A DNA stretch of 64,000 nucleotides. Source: Gloeobacterales cyanobacterium (GTDB lineage: Bacteria; Cyanobacteriota; Cyanobacteriia; Gloeobacterales; PMM-0068). The position numbers and the translations under genes were made by a program. Below, piece by piece: positions 40,657 through 51,914 of the stretch. Numbering within the stretch: position 1 is the first letter of the stretch; each line of letters opens with the position of its first letter. The stretch covers positions 60,532 through 124,531 of the forward strand of contig JBBRSB010000010.1 in NCBI GenBank assembly GCA_038245785.1, read 5' to 3'. The notes below the pieces were generated by a model. The model was not told the origin of the DNA. It made no database searches and worked only from the letters and a program-made list of their open reading frames with translations.

Positions 40657-41212
40657 GCTAATTCTTCAGCTCAGTCCTCTTACCCTGGAAGACTTAGAGC
40701 CGATTCTACTTATTGAACAGCGATGCTTTGGCGGCTACTGGAGCCGGTCTATTTTTGAAGGTGAGCTAAAAACCCAGGGCGGCTACTATGTCATGCTTCA
40801 GGATCTTGATGATCCTAAAAATATTCTGGCTTATGGCGGTTTCTGGCAAATTTTTGAAGAGGCCCATTTAACCACTTTGGCGGTCGATCCCCATCATCAG
40901 GGGATGGGTTTGGGAGCCCTGCTCATCGGTCACCTAATGACCGTTGCCCAAAATCAAGAAGCGCATTGGATGACATTAGAAGTGCGTCCTAGTAATCAAC
41001 CGGCCGTAAGACTCTATCAACGGTACGGGTTTGGTGAATTAGGGCGCCGTAAAGGATACTATCCCGATAATGAAGATGCCTTACTTTTTTGGTATCAAAA
41101 CTTACATCTGACTGAAGCGAAAAACTGTCTTCAAGAACATCATCATCAGTGTTTAGTGAAGCTAAAAGCCCAAGGAATTGAGCTTTCATTAAAAAAACCT
41201 AGCTTATCCTAG
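40649..41212 (+). CDS. rimI: Ribosomal protein S18 N-acetyltransferase
   Basis: EEAHLTTLAV, TLEVRPSN, GRRKGYY...EDAL; rimI-clpC synteny. Confidence 0.92.
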   Translation: MPKLILQLSPLTLEDLEPILLIEQRCFGGYWSRSIFEGELKTQGGYYVMLQDLDDPKNILAYGGFWQIFEEAHLTTLAVDPHHQGMGLGALLIGHLMTVAQNQEAHWMTLEVRPSNQPAVRLYQRYGFGELGRRKGYYPDNEDALLFWYQNLHLTEAKNCLQEHHHQCLVKLKAQGIELSLKKPSLS

Positions 41213-41354
41213 TCAAGTTGGGATAAACTAGAAATAGCGGGAAAAAAGATTTAAAGCCCGAAAACCTTTGGTAGTGCTGCTTCAAGCGATCTGTAAAAGC
41301 TGGTTGTGCTAATATTAGTACAATGCCAGCTTCCGGCAGCCAAAGGAAGGGTTT

Positions 41355-43835
41355 ATGTTTGAAAGATTCACAGAAAAAGCCATCAAAGTAATCATGCTTG
41401 CCCAAGAGGAAGCTCGCCGATTGGGGCATAACTTTGTAGGCACCGAACAGATTCTGCTCGGACTGATCGGCGAAGGAACCGGCGTCGCCGCCAAGGTCCT
41501 TAAGTCAATGGGGGTTAACCTCAAAGATGCGCGTATCGAAGTTGAGAAAATCATCGGTCGCGGTTCTGGCTTTGTTGCTGTGGAAATTCCTTTTACTCCC
41601 AGAGCAAAGCGGGTTTTAGAACTCTCTTTGGAAGAAGCCCGTCAGTTGGGGCACAACTACATTGGTACCGAGCATCTCCTATTGGGCCTAATCCGTGAAG
41701 GAGAAGGCGTGGCTGCCCGCGTTCTAGAAAACCTTGGGGTTGACCTTTCTAAAGTGCGCACTCAAGTGATTCGGATGTTGGGTGAAACCGCTGAAGTTTC
41801 GGCTGGAGGCAGTAATGGACGTACTAAGACTCCGACTCTAGATGAGTTTGGCTCTAATCTCACCCAAATGGCCGCCGACGGCAAATTAGATCCTGTAGTA
41901 GGCCGTGAGAAAGAAATTGAACGTGTTGTACAGATTCTTGGTCGCCGGACCAAAAACAATCCTGTTCTAATCGGTGAGCCTGGGGTCGGTAAAACAGCTA
42001 TCGCTGAAGGCTTAGCTCAAAAGATCGCCAACCAAGACGTGCCTGACATCCTCACAGATAAGCGGGTTGTCACCCTGGACATCGGTCTTTTGGTTGCAGG
42101 AACTAAGTATCGAGGTGAATTTGAAGAGCGCCTCAAGAAAATCATGGATGAGATCCGCTCTGCTGGGAACGTAGTCCTGGTTATCGATGAAGTTCATACC
42201 CTAATTGGAGCAGGAGCGGCTGAGGGCGCAATCGACGCAGCCAATATCCTCAAACCTGCTTTGGCTCGAGGAGAACTTCAATGTATCGGCGCTACGACCT
42301 TGGATGAGTACCGTAAGCACATCGAACGGGATGCAGCCCTAGAGCGTCGCTTCCAGCCTGTCATGGTCGGCGAACCTTCTGTCGATGAGACGATTGAGAT
42401 TCTCTTTGGCCTGAGAGAGCGCTATGAGCAGCACCATAAGCTGAAGATCTCCGATGAGGCTGTCTATGCAGCAGCTAAGCTGTCCGACCGCTATATCTCC
42501 GATCGTTTCTTGCCCGATAAGGCGATTGACTTGATCGATGAAGCGGGTTCTCGTGTCCGTCTCAAGTCTTCTCAGCTACCTCCGGCCGCTAAGGAATTGG
42601 AAAAAGAGCTACGCCAAGTCCTGAAGCAAAAAGATGATGCGGTCCGTGGTCAGGATTACGAGCGGGCGGGCGAACTGAGAGACCGGGAGATGGAAATCAA
42701 ATCCCAGATCAAGACGGTCGCTCAAAATCGCAAGGCTGAGACGACCAATGAGGATGCGCCGATGCCTCAGGTCACTGAAGAAGACATCGCCTACATTGTC
42801 AGTTCTTGGACAGGGGTTCCTGTTCAGAAGCTTACTGAGTCGGAAACGGAAAAGCTCCTTCACTTGGAAGATGTTCTTCATGGCCGTGTGGTTGGCCAAG
42901 ATGAAGCGGTTACCGCTATTTCCAAGGCTATCCGTCGGGCTCGGGTTGGCTTAAAGGACCCCCAAAGGCCGATCGCCAGCTTTATCTTCTCCGGACCTAC
43001 AGGTGTGGGTAAAACCGAGTTGGCGAAAGCCCTCGCTGCCTACTTCTTTGGCGCTGAAGATTCGATGATTCGCCTGGACATGTCTGAGTACATGGAACGC
43101 CATACCGTTTCCAAACTGATTGGTTCTCCTCCTGGCTATGTCGGATACAACGAAGGCGGTCAGCTCACGGAAGCGGTACGTCGTCGTCCCTACTCTGTCA
43201 TCCTGTTTGATGAAATCGAGAAGGCCCACCCTGACGTTTTTAACTCTCTGCTCCAAATCTTGGAAGATGGTCGCCTGACCGATGCCAAGGGACGGACAGT
43301 AGACTTCAAAAACACCCTACTGATTATGACCTCCAACATTGGTTCTAAGGTCATTGAAAAAGGCGGTGGTGGTATAGGCTTCTTCCAGCCTGGCGATGAA
43401 GCGGAACAGCGCTATCAAAGCATCCGCAATCTGGTCAATGAAGAACTTAAGCAGTACTTCAAGCCAGAATTTATCAATCGTCTGGATGAAATCATTGTCT
43501 TCCGTCAGCTCAAGAAGGACGAAGTCAAGCAGATTGCTGGACTCATGCTCAAGCAGTTATTTGGCCGCTTGACGGAGCAGCGCATTACGCTTGATATCAC
43601 AGAAGCCTTCAAGGAAAAGCTGGTAGAAGAGGGGTACAACCCAAGCTACGGAGCACGTCCACTACGTCGCGCTATTCAGCGACTTTTAGAAGATGCACTG
43701 GCTGAAGAGATGCTCTCTGGCCGCATTGGTGAAGGAGACGTTGTGATCGTTGATGTAGGGGCTGATGGTCGTCCGGCCTTCCAGACCACTACATCCTCCG
43801 AGGAGAAAAAGCTTCTTACCCAAGGGGCTGAGTAA
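41355..43835 (+). CDS. clpC: ATP-dependent Clp protease ATPase ClpC
   Basis: [26 protein letters not shown]; two Walker A motifs ([16 protein letters not shown]). Confidence 0.98.
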   Translation: MFERFTEKAIKVIMLAQEEARRLGHNFVGTEQILLGLIGEGTGVAAKVLKSMGVNLKDARIEVEKIIGRGSGFVAVEIPFTPRAKRVLELSLEEARQLGHNYIGTEHLLLGLIREGEGVAARVLENLGVDLSKVRTQVIRMLGETAEVSAGGSNGRTKTPTLDEFGSNLTQMAADGKLDPVVGREKEIERVVQILGRRTKNNPVLIGEPGVGKTAIAEGLAQKIANQDVPDILTDKRVVTLDIGLLVAGTKYRGEFEERLKKIMDEIRSAGNVVLVIDEVHTLIGAGAAEGAIDAANILKPALARGELQCIGATTLDEYRKHIERDAALERRFQPVMVGEPSVDETIEILFGLRERYEQHHKLKISDEAVYAAAKLSDRYISDRFLPDKAIDLIDEAGSRVRLKSSQLPPAAKELEKELRQVLKQKDDAVRGQDYERAGELRDREMEIKSQIKTVAQNRKAETTNEDAPMPQVTEEDIAYIVSSWTGVPVQKLTESETEKLLHLEDVLHGRVVGQDEAVTAISKAIRRARVGLKDPQRPIASFIFSGPTGVGKTELAKALAAYFFGAEDSMIRLDMSEYMERHTVSKLIGSPPGYVGYNEGGQLTEAVRRRPYSVILFDEIEKAHPDVFNSLLQILEDGRLTDAKGRTVDFKNTLLIMTSNIGSKVIEKGGGGIGFFQPGDEAEQRYQSIRNLVNEELKQYFKPEFINRLDEIIVFRQLKKDEVKQIAGLMLKQLFGRLTEQRITLDITEAFKEKLVEEGYNPSYGARPLRRAIQRLLEDALAEEMLSGRIGEGDVVIVDVGADGRPAFQTTTSSEEKKLLTQGAE

Positions 43836-43857
43836 CGCTGAATCGATATAACAAACG

Positions 43858-43877
43858 AGGGCCGCAAGGCCCTTTTT
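43858..43877 (+). terminator. Intrinsic terminator after clpC
   Basis: AGGGCC-GCAA-GGCCCT followed by a T run. Confidence 0.8.
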
Positions 43878-44060
43878 GATTGGGAGATCCTCCCGCTGCC
43901 CCTTTATACCCTCACGGGAAGGCTGCGCCTAGAAAGGAGGCAATGCCATTTACAGCTTAAAGTTCTCTTTTGCCCGGGGGAATCGCTTGCGAATTCAATG
44001 ATTTTTGCAAGAGGCTAAGGATCTAGCGATAATCAAAGGACAGCTTCTTATAGGTATCTG

Positions 44061-44870
44061 ATGACTATCCCTGTCCTGATAGTGGGTGCTTGCGGCCAGA
44101 TGGGTCGTGAAGTTGTACGGGCTGTCCATGAAGCCGAGGACCTAGAGTTGGTCGGGGCAGTGGACACCAATCTATTCGATGAAGATATTGGCGTGGTCGC
44201 AGGAATTGGCCCTATTGAAGTCCCTGTGACCAATGATCTGAAGTCCAGCTTGTTGGCCTGCTCTCAGCACAAAGTGCCAGGAGTAATGGTCGACTTTACG
44301 CGCCCTGAAACAGTCTATGAAAATATCCGAGAAGCTGTAGCTTTTGGCATTCGTCCTGTAGTTGGGACCACAGGCTTGACTCCAGAACAAATTGATTACC
44401 TGAGTGATTTCTGTGATAAGTCCAGCATGGGTTGTCTGATCGCTCCCAATTTTGCGATTGGAGTTTTACTCCTGCAAGAAGCAGCTCAGCGGGCGACCAA
44501 GTACTTCGACCATGTGGAAATTATTGAACTCCATCACAACCGCAAATTGGATGCTCCCTCTGGTACGGCCTATAAAACGGCGGAGATGATGGCAGAGTTT
44601 GCTCAGAAATTTAATCCCGCGCTCGTCGAAGAGAAAGAAACTTTGCCCGGTGTGCGGGGAGGCGTGACGCCTGAAGGGATTCGCATTCATTCCGTCCGCT
44701 TACCAGGAATGGTTGCCCATCAGGAAGTTATTTTTGGTGGATTGGGGCAAATTTATACGCTGCGCCATGATGCCATAGACCGCAAGGCCTATATGCCCGG
44801 AGTCTTGCTTGGAATTCGTCGGGTCATAGAACTCAAAAGTTTGGTTTATGGCTTAGAGAAGTTACTCTAG
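44061..44870 (+). CDS. dapB: 4-hydroxy-tetrahydrodipicolinate reductase
   Basis: [31 protein letters not shown]. Confidence 0.96.
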   Translation: MTIPVLIVGACGQMGREVVRAVHEAEDLELVGAVDTNLFDEDIGVVAGIGPIEVPVTNDLKSSLLACSQHKVPGVMVDFTRPETVYENIREAVAFGIRPVVGTTGLTPEQIDYLSDFCDKSSMGCLIAPNFAIGVLLLQEAAQRATKYFDHVEIIELHHNRKLDAPSGTAYKTAEMMAEFAQKFNPALVEEKETLPGVRGGVTPEGIRIHSVRLPGMVAHQEVIFGGLGQIYTLRHDAIDRKAYMPGVLLGIRRVIELKSLVYGLEKLL

Positions 44871-44902
44871 AAGAAGAAAAGCCTTACTCAGATATCATTG
44901 CT

Positions 44903-45229
44903 ATGCTTAAGTCTACCACCCGTCATATTCACATCTTTGCTGGAACCCTCGTCAAGGGAGAGATGCTCCCTGATGAGAGCAACCTAACCTTAGATGTAGA
45001 CCCAGATAATGAATTCCTCTGGAATGAAGCGGCCCTAAACAAGCTTCATAAGGAATTTGGGCGGTTAGTAGGAACCTATCAGGGCGAGGATTTAACGGAA
45101 TATTACCTACGCCGTATTGGTTCCGATTTAGAGCACTTTATTCGGGCCATGCTGCAGAAAGGAGAGATTTCCTACAACCTGGATTCTCGGGTCCTCAACT
45201 ACAGCATGGGCCGTCCCCGAGTCGAATAG
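44903..45229 (+). CDS. ndhM: NDH-1 subunit M
   Basis: MLKSTTRHIHIF, LTLDVDPDNEF.W, LRRIGSDLEH, RVLNYSMG.P. Confidence 0.96.
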   Translation: MLKSTTRHIHIFAGTLVKGEMLPDESNLTLDVDPDNEFLWNEAALNKLHKEFGRLVGTYQGEDLTEYYLRRIGSDLEHFIRAMLQKGEISYNLDSRVLNYSMGRPRVE

Positions 45230-45261
45230 ATTTCGGCGATAAAGGCCTGATTATCGCTCAT

Positions 45262-45294
45262 AAAAAAGACCCAGTTTTGATTGGGTCTTTTTTT
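45262..45294. terminator. Bidirectional terminator between ndhM and rplW
   Basis: A6-GACCCAG-TTTTGA-TTGGGTC-T7. Confidence 0.8.
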
Positions 45295-45313
45295 CATCTA
45301 TAAACCTAGAATA

Positions 45314-45616
45314 TTAAGTCTCAGGGAACAGGGTAATCGAATCACCCTCAGCCAAGGTGACAATAGCCCGCTTATAGCGAGGTTTCGTTCCCAAGAACTT
45401 GCCAACCCGGCGCTTTTTAGCAGGAGGATTGTAGGTGTTGACCTTAACGACTTTCACCCCAAAAAGTTCAACGATCGCTTGAGCTACTTCGTTCTTATTA
45501 GCCTTAGGCGCCACTTCAAAGAGATATTTATTCTCTTCCAGCAGTCTCGTGCCTTTCTCAGTTAGGAGAGGACGACGAATAATGTCTACAAGTTTACGGC
45601 GGGTATTATCACTCAT
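45314..45616 (-). CDS. rplW: 50S ribosomal protein L23
   Basis: [22 protein letters not shown]. Confidence 0.97.
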   Translation of the reverse strand: MSDNTRRKLVDIIRRPLLTEKGTRLLEENKYLFEVAPKANKNEVAQAIVELFGVKVVKVNTYNPPAKKRRVGKFLGTKPRYKRAIVTLAEGDSITLFPET

Positions 45617-45621
45617 TGCAC

Positions 45622-46266
45622 TTAGCCTTTTGTATCGTCTTGATAGGTCGCTTTTACAACATCTAGAGCTGTTGTAGTCATTACAATCCGGTCAGCATGA
45701 AGCAGGTCAAAGACATTCAGGTTGTTGGCCGTGATCACGCGCACTTTGGCCACGTTACGGGCAGAACGATAGGTATTCTCCTGCTTCTGGTCGAGAATCA
45801 AAAGAATCTTCTTCTCTGTATCCACGCCCCAGCGCTTGAGGGCCTGCACGAATTCTTTAGTCTTTGGCGTAGCCAGATTGGACTCGAACTCTTCAACGAC
45901 CAGCACATCTTCAGCCCGGCTTTGCAGGGCCGTACGCAGCGCTAGACGACGCTCCTTGCGGTTCATCTTGATTTCGAAGTCGCGGGGTTTCGGTCCGAAA
46001 ATGACCCCACCGCCACGCCACAGAGGAGAACGGCTAGAACCCGCACGAGCACGGCCTGTTCCCTTCTGTTTCCAGGGCTTTTTACCACCGCCACGGACTT
46101 CTGATTTGGTCAGGGTAGAAGACGTTCCCTGCCGACTGTTGTGGAGTTGGCGTTTCACCGCCAACCAAAGGATATGTTCTGCTGAGGATTCTTTCGCCAC
46201 AGGCAGGTTCATCTCTACAGGAGCGAGGTCGCCCCCTTGCCAATTTTTAACCGTACAGGTTGCCAT
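45622..46266 (-). CDS. rplD: 50S ribosomal protein L4
   Basis: RQGT...[23 protein letters not shown]. Confidence 0.98.
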   Translation of the reverse strand: MATCTVKNWQGGDLAPVEMNLPVAKESSAEHILWLAVKRQLHNSRQGTSSTLTKSEVRGGGKKPWKQKGTGRARAGSSRSPLWRGGGVIFGPKPRDFEIKMNRKERRLALRTALQSRAEDVLVVEEFESNLATPKTKEFVQALKRWGVDTEKKILLILDQKQENTYRSARNVAKVRVITANNLNVFDLLHADRIVMTTTALDVVKATYQDDTKG

Positions 46267-46274
46267 AATTTCTC

Positions 46275-46910
46275 CTACTTGGCCCCAACGATGGTGGCAG
46301 GAACAATACGCAATAGGGCTTCTTTGTGCCCAGGGACCGCACCTTTAACCAGGAGCAATCCACGCTCGGCATCTACCCGAATAACGTGTAGTTTGCGGAC
46401 CGTAATTTTCTTATTCCCCAGTTGTCCAGGCATTTTCTTACCGGGATAAACACGACCAGGGGTGGTACCGGCACCGATCGAACCAGGTGCGCGGTGGTTT
46501 TTAGAACCATGTCCCATCGGTCCACGGCGGAAGTTGTGACGCTTTTGTCCACCAGCAAAACCACGACCAATACTGATGCCTGTTACATCGACAAGCTGGC
46601 CTGCTTCAAACAGAGATACGCTCAAATCCTGCCCAGCCGTGTATTCAGCGACCGAAGGATGCCGGAATTCCTGGAGATGGCGCAGAGGCTCTACCTCTAC
46701 TTTTTTCAAGTGCCCGATCTCAGGCTTGGTCAAAGCCTTCTCTTTTACAGGTCCATAACCCACTTGGACAGCACTGTAGCCATCGGTTTCTGGAGTTTTA
46801 ACCTGGGTGACTTTGCATCCACCGCATTCGATAACGGTTACAGAAATGGCCTTACCTTCACTGAAGATTTTGGTCATGCCTATCTTGCGGCCCAATATAC
46901 CTATAGCCAC
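46275..46910 (-). CDS. rplC: 50S ribosomal protein L3
   Basis: [32 protein letters not shown] start with GGGAG RBS. Confidence 0.97.
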   Translation of the reverse strand: MAIGILGRKIGMTKIFSEGKAISVTVIECGGCKVTQVKTPETDGYSAVQVGYGPVKEKALTKPEIGHLKKVEVEPLRHLQEFRHPSVAEYTAGQDLSVSLFEAGQLVDVTGISIGRGFAGGQKRHNFRRGPMGHGSKNHRAPGSIGAGTTPGRVYPGKKMPGQLGNKKITVRKLHVIRVDAERGLLLVKGAVPGHKEALLRIVPATIVGAK

Positions 46911-47136
46911 AGCTGTGTAACTCCCTACATGAACATTACGCAAAGCTCTTCAGGACTTAATTCTGGTCGATTACGCAAATCGCTGAATCAGTATCCTTGA
47001 CCTCTACCTAGCCGAGCCTTGACATTATCAAGCCGCTAGACAGACATGGGAAAACACCCAAAAGTTCTGCAGTTAACAATATTAGGTGTATACGCTTACC
47101 TTTGTCTAGTATTTGTAGAACCTAAGACTAGCGCTC

Positions 47137-49423
47137 TTAGGCTGAAACCATCGCGCCATAGACCACTACAGGTACCCGCTTATAGGCGGGAGTTCCTGAG
47201 CGTCGGTCAATCTTGGCCTTAAAGAGGATATTTACCTCTGGGTAAAACATTAAAGCCGCTCCCTGGCGGATAGACCCATAAATGATTTCCACATTGTTAA
47301 GCTGTCCAGCATCGCCCTGCACCGTGACGTGTTGGTGCTCTGATAAACCCGTTCGTTCTGCGTCTGCTTGGTTCATAAGAATGCAGTTCCGGTGAGGCAT
47401 TCCCCGATATTTATCGCCTGCTTTGTAGACCACGGTATTGTGCTGGGCATAGCTACGCCCTGTGGTCAGGGCCAAAACGATTCCCCTGCCTGATTTAGCG
47501 ACTTCCTCCGGCACTCCAAAATCTTTTAGTTGCGGCAAGGTCAGCAGGGGAAAAGGCGTAATGAACATTTGGGCTTTGTGGTCGGCTGTTGGAAATTGGG
47601 GTTCGGTGAAGATGCGATTGGCAATCGTGAATTCTTCCTTGGTCTCATCCAGGGTCGCCATCTTCTCAAATCCTGGAATAGTCTGAGCGATCAATTGCCG
47701 GACATACTGCGTGTCCTGAAGTTTGCGCCAATGGACAGGTTTTTCTCCGAGCAAGCGGTGGGCGATTTCCGTAAGAAATTCCACTTCTGAAATCAAATCC
47801 GCATCGGGTCCCTGTAGATGAGAATCTCCGGGGTCGTTTAAGCGAACAAAATTGTTTCCTGATTCGGTGGTGGTCCGGTGAGGATTCTCAAACCGAGCGA
47901 AAACAGGAAGGATAAGCGTATTTTTTTTCGCCAGCCCATGGAAGTGCCCCAGATTAGGCTTGGTCGCTAAATAAATGACCGTTTCGATATGAGAGAGGGC
48001 TCGTTGTGTCTGGGTCAGGTCAGGATTGGCCGCGTACAGGTTGCCGCCTAAACAGAGCAGCGTGTCTACACGACCAGCCTCTGCGGCCTCAATTAGGGCA
48101 CGGGTGTCATAACCAGGAACTCGACTTAAAGAACGCTCCAAGAGCTTTTCAAGGGCTTCCTGAATTTCTTTCTTCAGGCGAATGGTAACGCCCATCGAAC
48201 CAAATCCTTGAACATTGGAATGTCCTCGGATCGGCATGGTCCCAGCCCCTTCTTTTCCGGCATTTCCCGTGAGGAGCGCTGTGTTGGCAATGCTAAAGAT
48301 GTTGTCTACGCCATTCTCTTGCTGAGTAACGCCCATTGCCCAAGCGAAAACTACATTTTTTGAGGTTCCGATCATGCGGGCTGCGGCGACGATTTCTTCT
48401 TGAGCAACGCCGCAGGTTTGGCTGATAATTTCCCAAGAAATGCTCTGAGCCTGCGCTAACACTGCTTCCCAGTCCTTGGTATGGGCATGTAGATATTCGG
48501 TTTGAATGGAGTCCTGTTCAATCAGAGCCTTTTGGATACCAACGAATAGGGCTACATCGCTACCAGGAATTGGTTGCAGATAGAGAGACGAAATTTCCGA
48601 ACCACCCAGCAAGGACTGAATAAGATGGGCCGGAGAAGCAAATTTGACCAATCCCACTTCAACGGTGGGGTTGATGATGATCACCTTGCCGCCACGTTCG
48701 CGCAGTTTAATCAGCTCATTCATTAAGCGGGGATGATTGGCTGGGGCGTTAGAGCCGATCAAGACTACACAATCTGCTTTTTGCAGACCTTCTAAGCTGA
48801 CCATTGAAGTCCCGGAGCCAAACATCTCCTTCAATCCAACAGTCGAAGCGGCATGACAGAGGTCAGAGCAATCGGCCAGATTATTCGAACCTAAAGCCCG
48901 CATCATTAATTGCAATAGATAGGCGGCCTCATTCGAAGAACGTCCAGAACTATAGGATGCGGCGCATGGCTGCTTCGGCAATCTCGTACACCTCATTCCA
49001 AGAAATCCGTTCATAGTGAGTGCTACCTTCCCGGAGAATGACCGGAAAACTCAGCCTTCCGAGGTTATTAGCCTGTTCGGAGGTTAGCTGTTGCAGCTCA
49101 TGCATTGAGTATTTCGCGAAGAAATGGGGAGCAATGGCAGGTTGCAGTTCCGAGGCAATCGCTTCTACGCTTTTCGCACAGCGCTGTAACGTTTCGCCTT
49201 CTTCATTGACAAACCCACCTTTCTGGCCTCCGGTGCCCCAAGCACAGGATAAACAGGCACTCTTATGAAATAAGGTTTTCCACAGTCTGAGCCCATGAGG
49301 CGATAGCGTATGCTCTGCCCAGTACTGAATCACAGGCATCCCACCGCCCACCACCATTACCTTCGAGCCTTTGCTAATCAAAAAGTTTGTGGGTTGGTCG
49401 CTCGGAGTAATGTTTATCGGCAT
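47137..49423 (-). pseudogene. FdhF/YdeP-family molybdopterin oxidoreductase split by a frameshift near 48960
   Basis: Upstream frame ...CLSCAWG...RISWNEVYEIAEAAMR then TAG; downstream frame resumes ASYSSGRSSNEAAY...NNLADCSDLCH. Confidence 0.85.
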
Positions 49424-49478
49424 GCCACCTCTTCCTGGGGAAGAACTCCTGAAATTTCGGAGAGGAAACTTCTGCAAA

Positions 49479-50051
49479 CTATGCCCACAGAGGGCTTAAG
49501 TCCAATCTAAACCCAGGCAGTACATCTTCCCCTGACAAACTAATGGGTGATTCTAAGACTTCCACCTCTTGTCCTGGGCGATAGATCTCTACTCGTTTGT
49601 TTTTGGGGTCTATTAACCAACCCAACCGGACCCCATTATCGATGTACTCTTGCATCTTAGTTTGCAGAGGCTTTAGGGCATCGCTTGCGGAACGTAGTTC
49701 TACTACAAAATCAGGCGCCAGAGGTAAAAACTTAGCAGGGTCTGCATTCAAGGCTTCTAGCCTGTCCTTGCTAACCCAGGAAGCATCGGGCGAGCGGTCG
49801 GCTCCATTGGGAAGTCTAAAGCCAGTAGAGGAGTCAAAGACCTTACCTAATCGAGTTTGTCGGTTCCAGATCCCGAGGTCAATACCTAGCTCTGCGTTTT
49901 TATTTCCGGTCCCCCAGCCCGTGGGTGCCATGATTATGAGTTCCCCATCCACAGACCGTTCAAAACGCAGGTCACGGTTAGCGCTACAAAGCTCGAAGAA
50001 CTGTTCATCGGTGAGTCTAGTGGACTTCACATCCAGGGTAAGGCTATCCAT
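49479..50051 (-). CDS. Uma2 family (PD-(D/E)XK) endonuclease
   Basis: FDSSTGFRLPNGADRSPDASW, PDFVVELRS, LGWLIDP, LPGF.LDL. Confidence 0.95.
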   Translation of the reverse strand: MDSLTLDVKSTRLTDEQFFELCSANRDLRFERSVDGELIIMAPTGWGTGNKNAELGIDLGIWNRQTRLGKVFDSSTGFRLPNGADRSPDASWVSKDRLEALNADPAKFLPLAPDFVVELRSASDALKPLQTKMQEYIDNGVRLGWLIDPKNKRVEIYRPGQEVEVLESPISLSGEDVLPGFRLDLSPLWA

Positions 50052-50142
50052 GGCCGTATATCCACTCTCATATACTTGGAATTATAGCGTTGCCCTTTAT
50101 CCCTGACCGAATGGGTAGAGGCTCTATCTCAATATCAAAGAA

Positions 50143-50162
50143 AGCCGGGAATGAGATTTGAA
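50143..50162 (-). repeat. Degenerate copy of the tRNA-Thr 3' end (older att scar)
   Basis: AGCCGGGAAtgaGATTTGAA versus AGCCGGGAAgcgGATTTGAA at 54711 (17 of 20 identical). Confidence 0.6.
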
Positions 50163-50253
50163 GCCTAGTGGATGAATGTGTCTCAATGTATTAGACTTTA
50201 TCCATAAATGATTGTAAAAATGCTATTATCTAGACCCTAAGCAGACTAATTTC

Positions 50254-50622
50254 ATGTCTAATCCAAACCCCAAGACAGAGCATCTACGGACTACCCGAAA
50301 ACCCAGGGCACGCCTTGATAACCCCACGGTTGCGATGCGGATGTCTGGCAAAACGAAGTCAGCTTTAGAGCGACTTGCCATGAGTTATGGATATCTACAT
50401 GGGGGGAAACCCTGGATAGCCGGACTGTTGGCAAAAATTGCTGAGGGGGAACTGATGGTAGTTCCATCCCCTCCCCCCGTAACGGAAGAGATGACCCAAG
50501 AGGATAAAGATTGGCTTAATGCAGATCTTTCTCGGCTGGGAGAATATGAGCCCTACGACTTTGGGGATGTAGACCCATACACGTTAGGTAAACCCGTGGT
50601 AGATGGCCGGATAGTAGATTAA
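50254..50622 (+). CDS. Putative antitoxin (RHH-like N-terminus, acidic C-terminus)
   Basis: TAATG overlap with the downstream MazF-like gene; acidic EDKDWL.ADL...YD.GD.DP tail. Confidence 0.65.
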   Translation: MSNPNPKTEHLRTTRKPRARLDNPTVAMRMSGKTKSALERLAMSYGYLHGGKPWIAGLLAKIAEGELMVVPSPPPVTEEMTQEDKDWLNADLSRLGEYEPYDFGDVDPYTLGKPVVDGRIVD

Positions 50623-50987
50623 TGACGCGTACTTTTTCGATTGGGGATGTGGTCCTTGCCAAGTTTCCTGAACAAGACCCCCAGGGGCGAGAACAGCAAG
50701 GGCTCAGACTTGCTGTTGTGGTAGCCCTTCCTGAGCAAATAGGGACCCCTCGCTTTCCGCTCATTGTCGTAGTTCCGCTAACGACCGACCGAGGGCAGTC
50801 TTGGGCTAATGCTTCTCCCGATCTATATCCAAAGCTTGAAGCTGGGGATGGAGGGCTAATAAGCGCATCTATTGTTTTATTAGATCAAGTCAGAGCCTTG
50901 GATGTGAATCGTGTACTTCGCTTTTGGGGAACGCTTAAAAACGAACAGTACAGACCTATTCAATTAGGACTGGCGAAATTGTTCTAA
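50622..50987 (+). CDS. PemK/MazF-family toxin
   Basis: GDVV...FP...P.G.EQ.G.R.AVVV, VVPLTT, S.VLLDQVRALD. Confidence 0.92.
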   Translation: MTRTFSIGDVVLAKFPEQDPQGREQQGLRLAVVVALPEQIGTPRFPLIVVVPLTTDRGQSWANASPDLYPKLEAGDGGLISASIVLLDQVRALDVNRVLRFWGTLKNEQYRPIQLGLAKLF

Positions 50988-50988
50988 A

Positions 50989-51034
50989 GTTTTAAAACTT
51001 AGCCGGGAAGCGGATTTGAACCGCCGACCGCTCG
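50989..51034. repeat. att direct repeat (46 bp, tRNA-Thr 3' half plus flank), distal copy
   Basis: GTTTTAAAACTTAGCCGGGAAGCGGATTTGAACCGCCGACCGCTCG, identical to 54699-54744. Confidence 0.95.
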
Positions 51035-51161
51035 CTCTTGGGGAATAGTCTCTTGTTGCGTAAGGATTGTAGGGTTTTAATTATGCAACCTATTCCGCGA
51101 CCAATAGCTAGTTTTTAGGATGATTTTTCATAAACCAAAATGTCCCTCGGTTAAGGTATAG

Positions 51162-51866
51162 CTAGTTTCCATTTTCATTCTTCGCTTGCTTCTTTGCTTG
51201 AGCGACAGCAACGATGCTCTGCAAATGTTGTTGCCGTTCGTGCCTCGCCATGTACCAATCCTTTAATAAGATCTCAATTAGACCGATTAGTAATTCAGCT
51301 TCTTCTGGTTCGACATCAACAATTAAGTTTATGTCCTTTTCCATGTGGGCACCGATATTGCCGATGCTTCTCACCGCGTCTATTGCCTCCCAAGTCGGCT
51401 GATCGACTTTTCCCTTCAGCTCATTTATTTCATCTATCAAGCGATTTTTCGTCATACCCCAAAAATCTCTAATGATGCCTTGGAGAGCTCGACGGGAGAG
51501 AGTTGCGGAGGCTTTTGGGCTCAAATCGTTCACTAGACATGCTTCACGATAGTCGTCAAGTATCTGCTGAGGTATAAATGAAGGAAATGGCTTTGCCTTT
51601 GACTGGGGTCTGAGTTGCCAGCGAACTATCGGATCTCCAATTATTTCTTGGCTCCCTTGTGCTTGTTTGCTTGCCTTGTAGAGTCTGGTACCGAGCGTGT
51701 ATTCCTTACATTCATTATTCGGACATACAGTCACAGTGCTTAAGAGACACAAATCACCATCTTTGTTTCCGTTATCGAAATAAAGGGTATTAGAAACGTG
51801 GTTTAAGTTTATAGAAATTGTTGAGGCATGGTTACAAAATGGACATTTCTAGTTAAACATTTGCAT
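51162..51866 (-). pseudogene. DUF4145 (HEPN-like) protein with an N-terminal Zn ribbon; in-frame TAG at codon 6 (51849-51851)
   Basis: MQMFN*KCPFCNH...CPN.EC...DYREAC...SPKASATLSRRALQG...R.IGNIGAH; AAGGA RBS before ATG 51866. Confidence 0.75.
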
Positions 51867-51914
51867 TTCCTTTACGAAAGCATTAACTGAGTTGAGCATT
51901 GTTAGAAAGTACTT

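Noticed and set aside
46422..47000. 192 aa antisense ORF over rplC, and similar long shadow ORFs over psbB, leuS, dnaG, clpC and Uma2
   Set aside because: They overlap well-supported genes and show no recognisable motifs, consistent with codon-bias shadows.
51001..51034. Possible second tRNA-Thr gene
   Set aside because: Only the 3' half is present and similarity stops at the anticodon stem. It is the att duplication.
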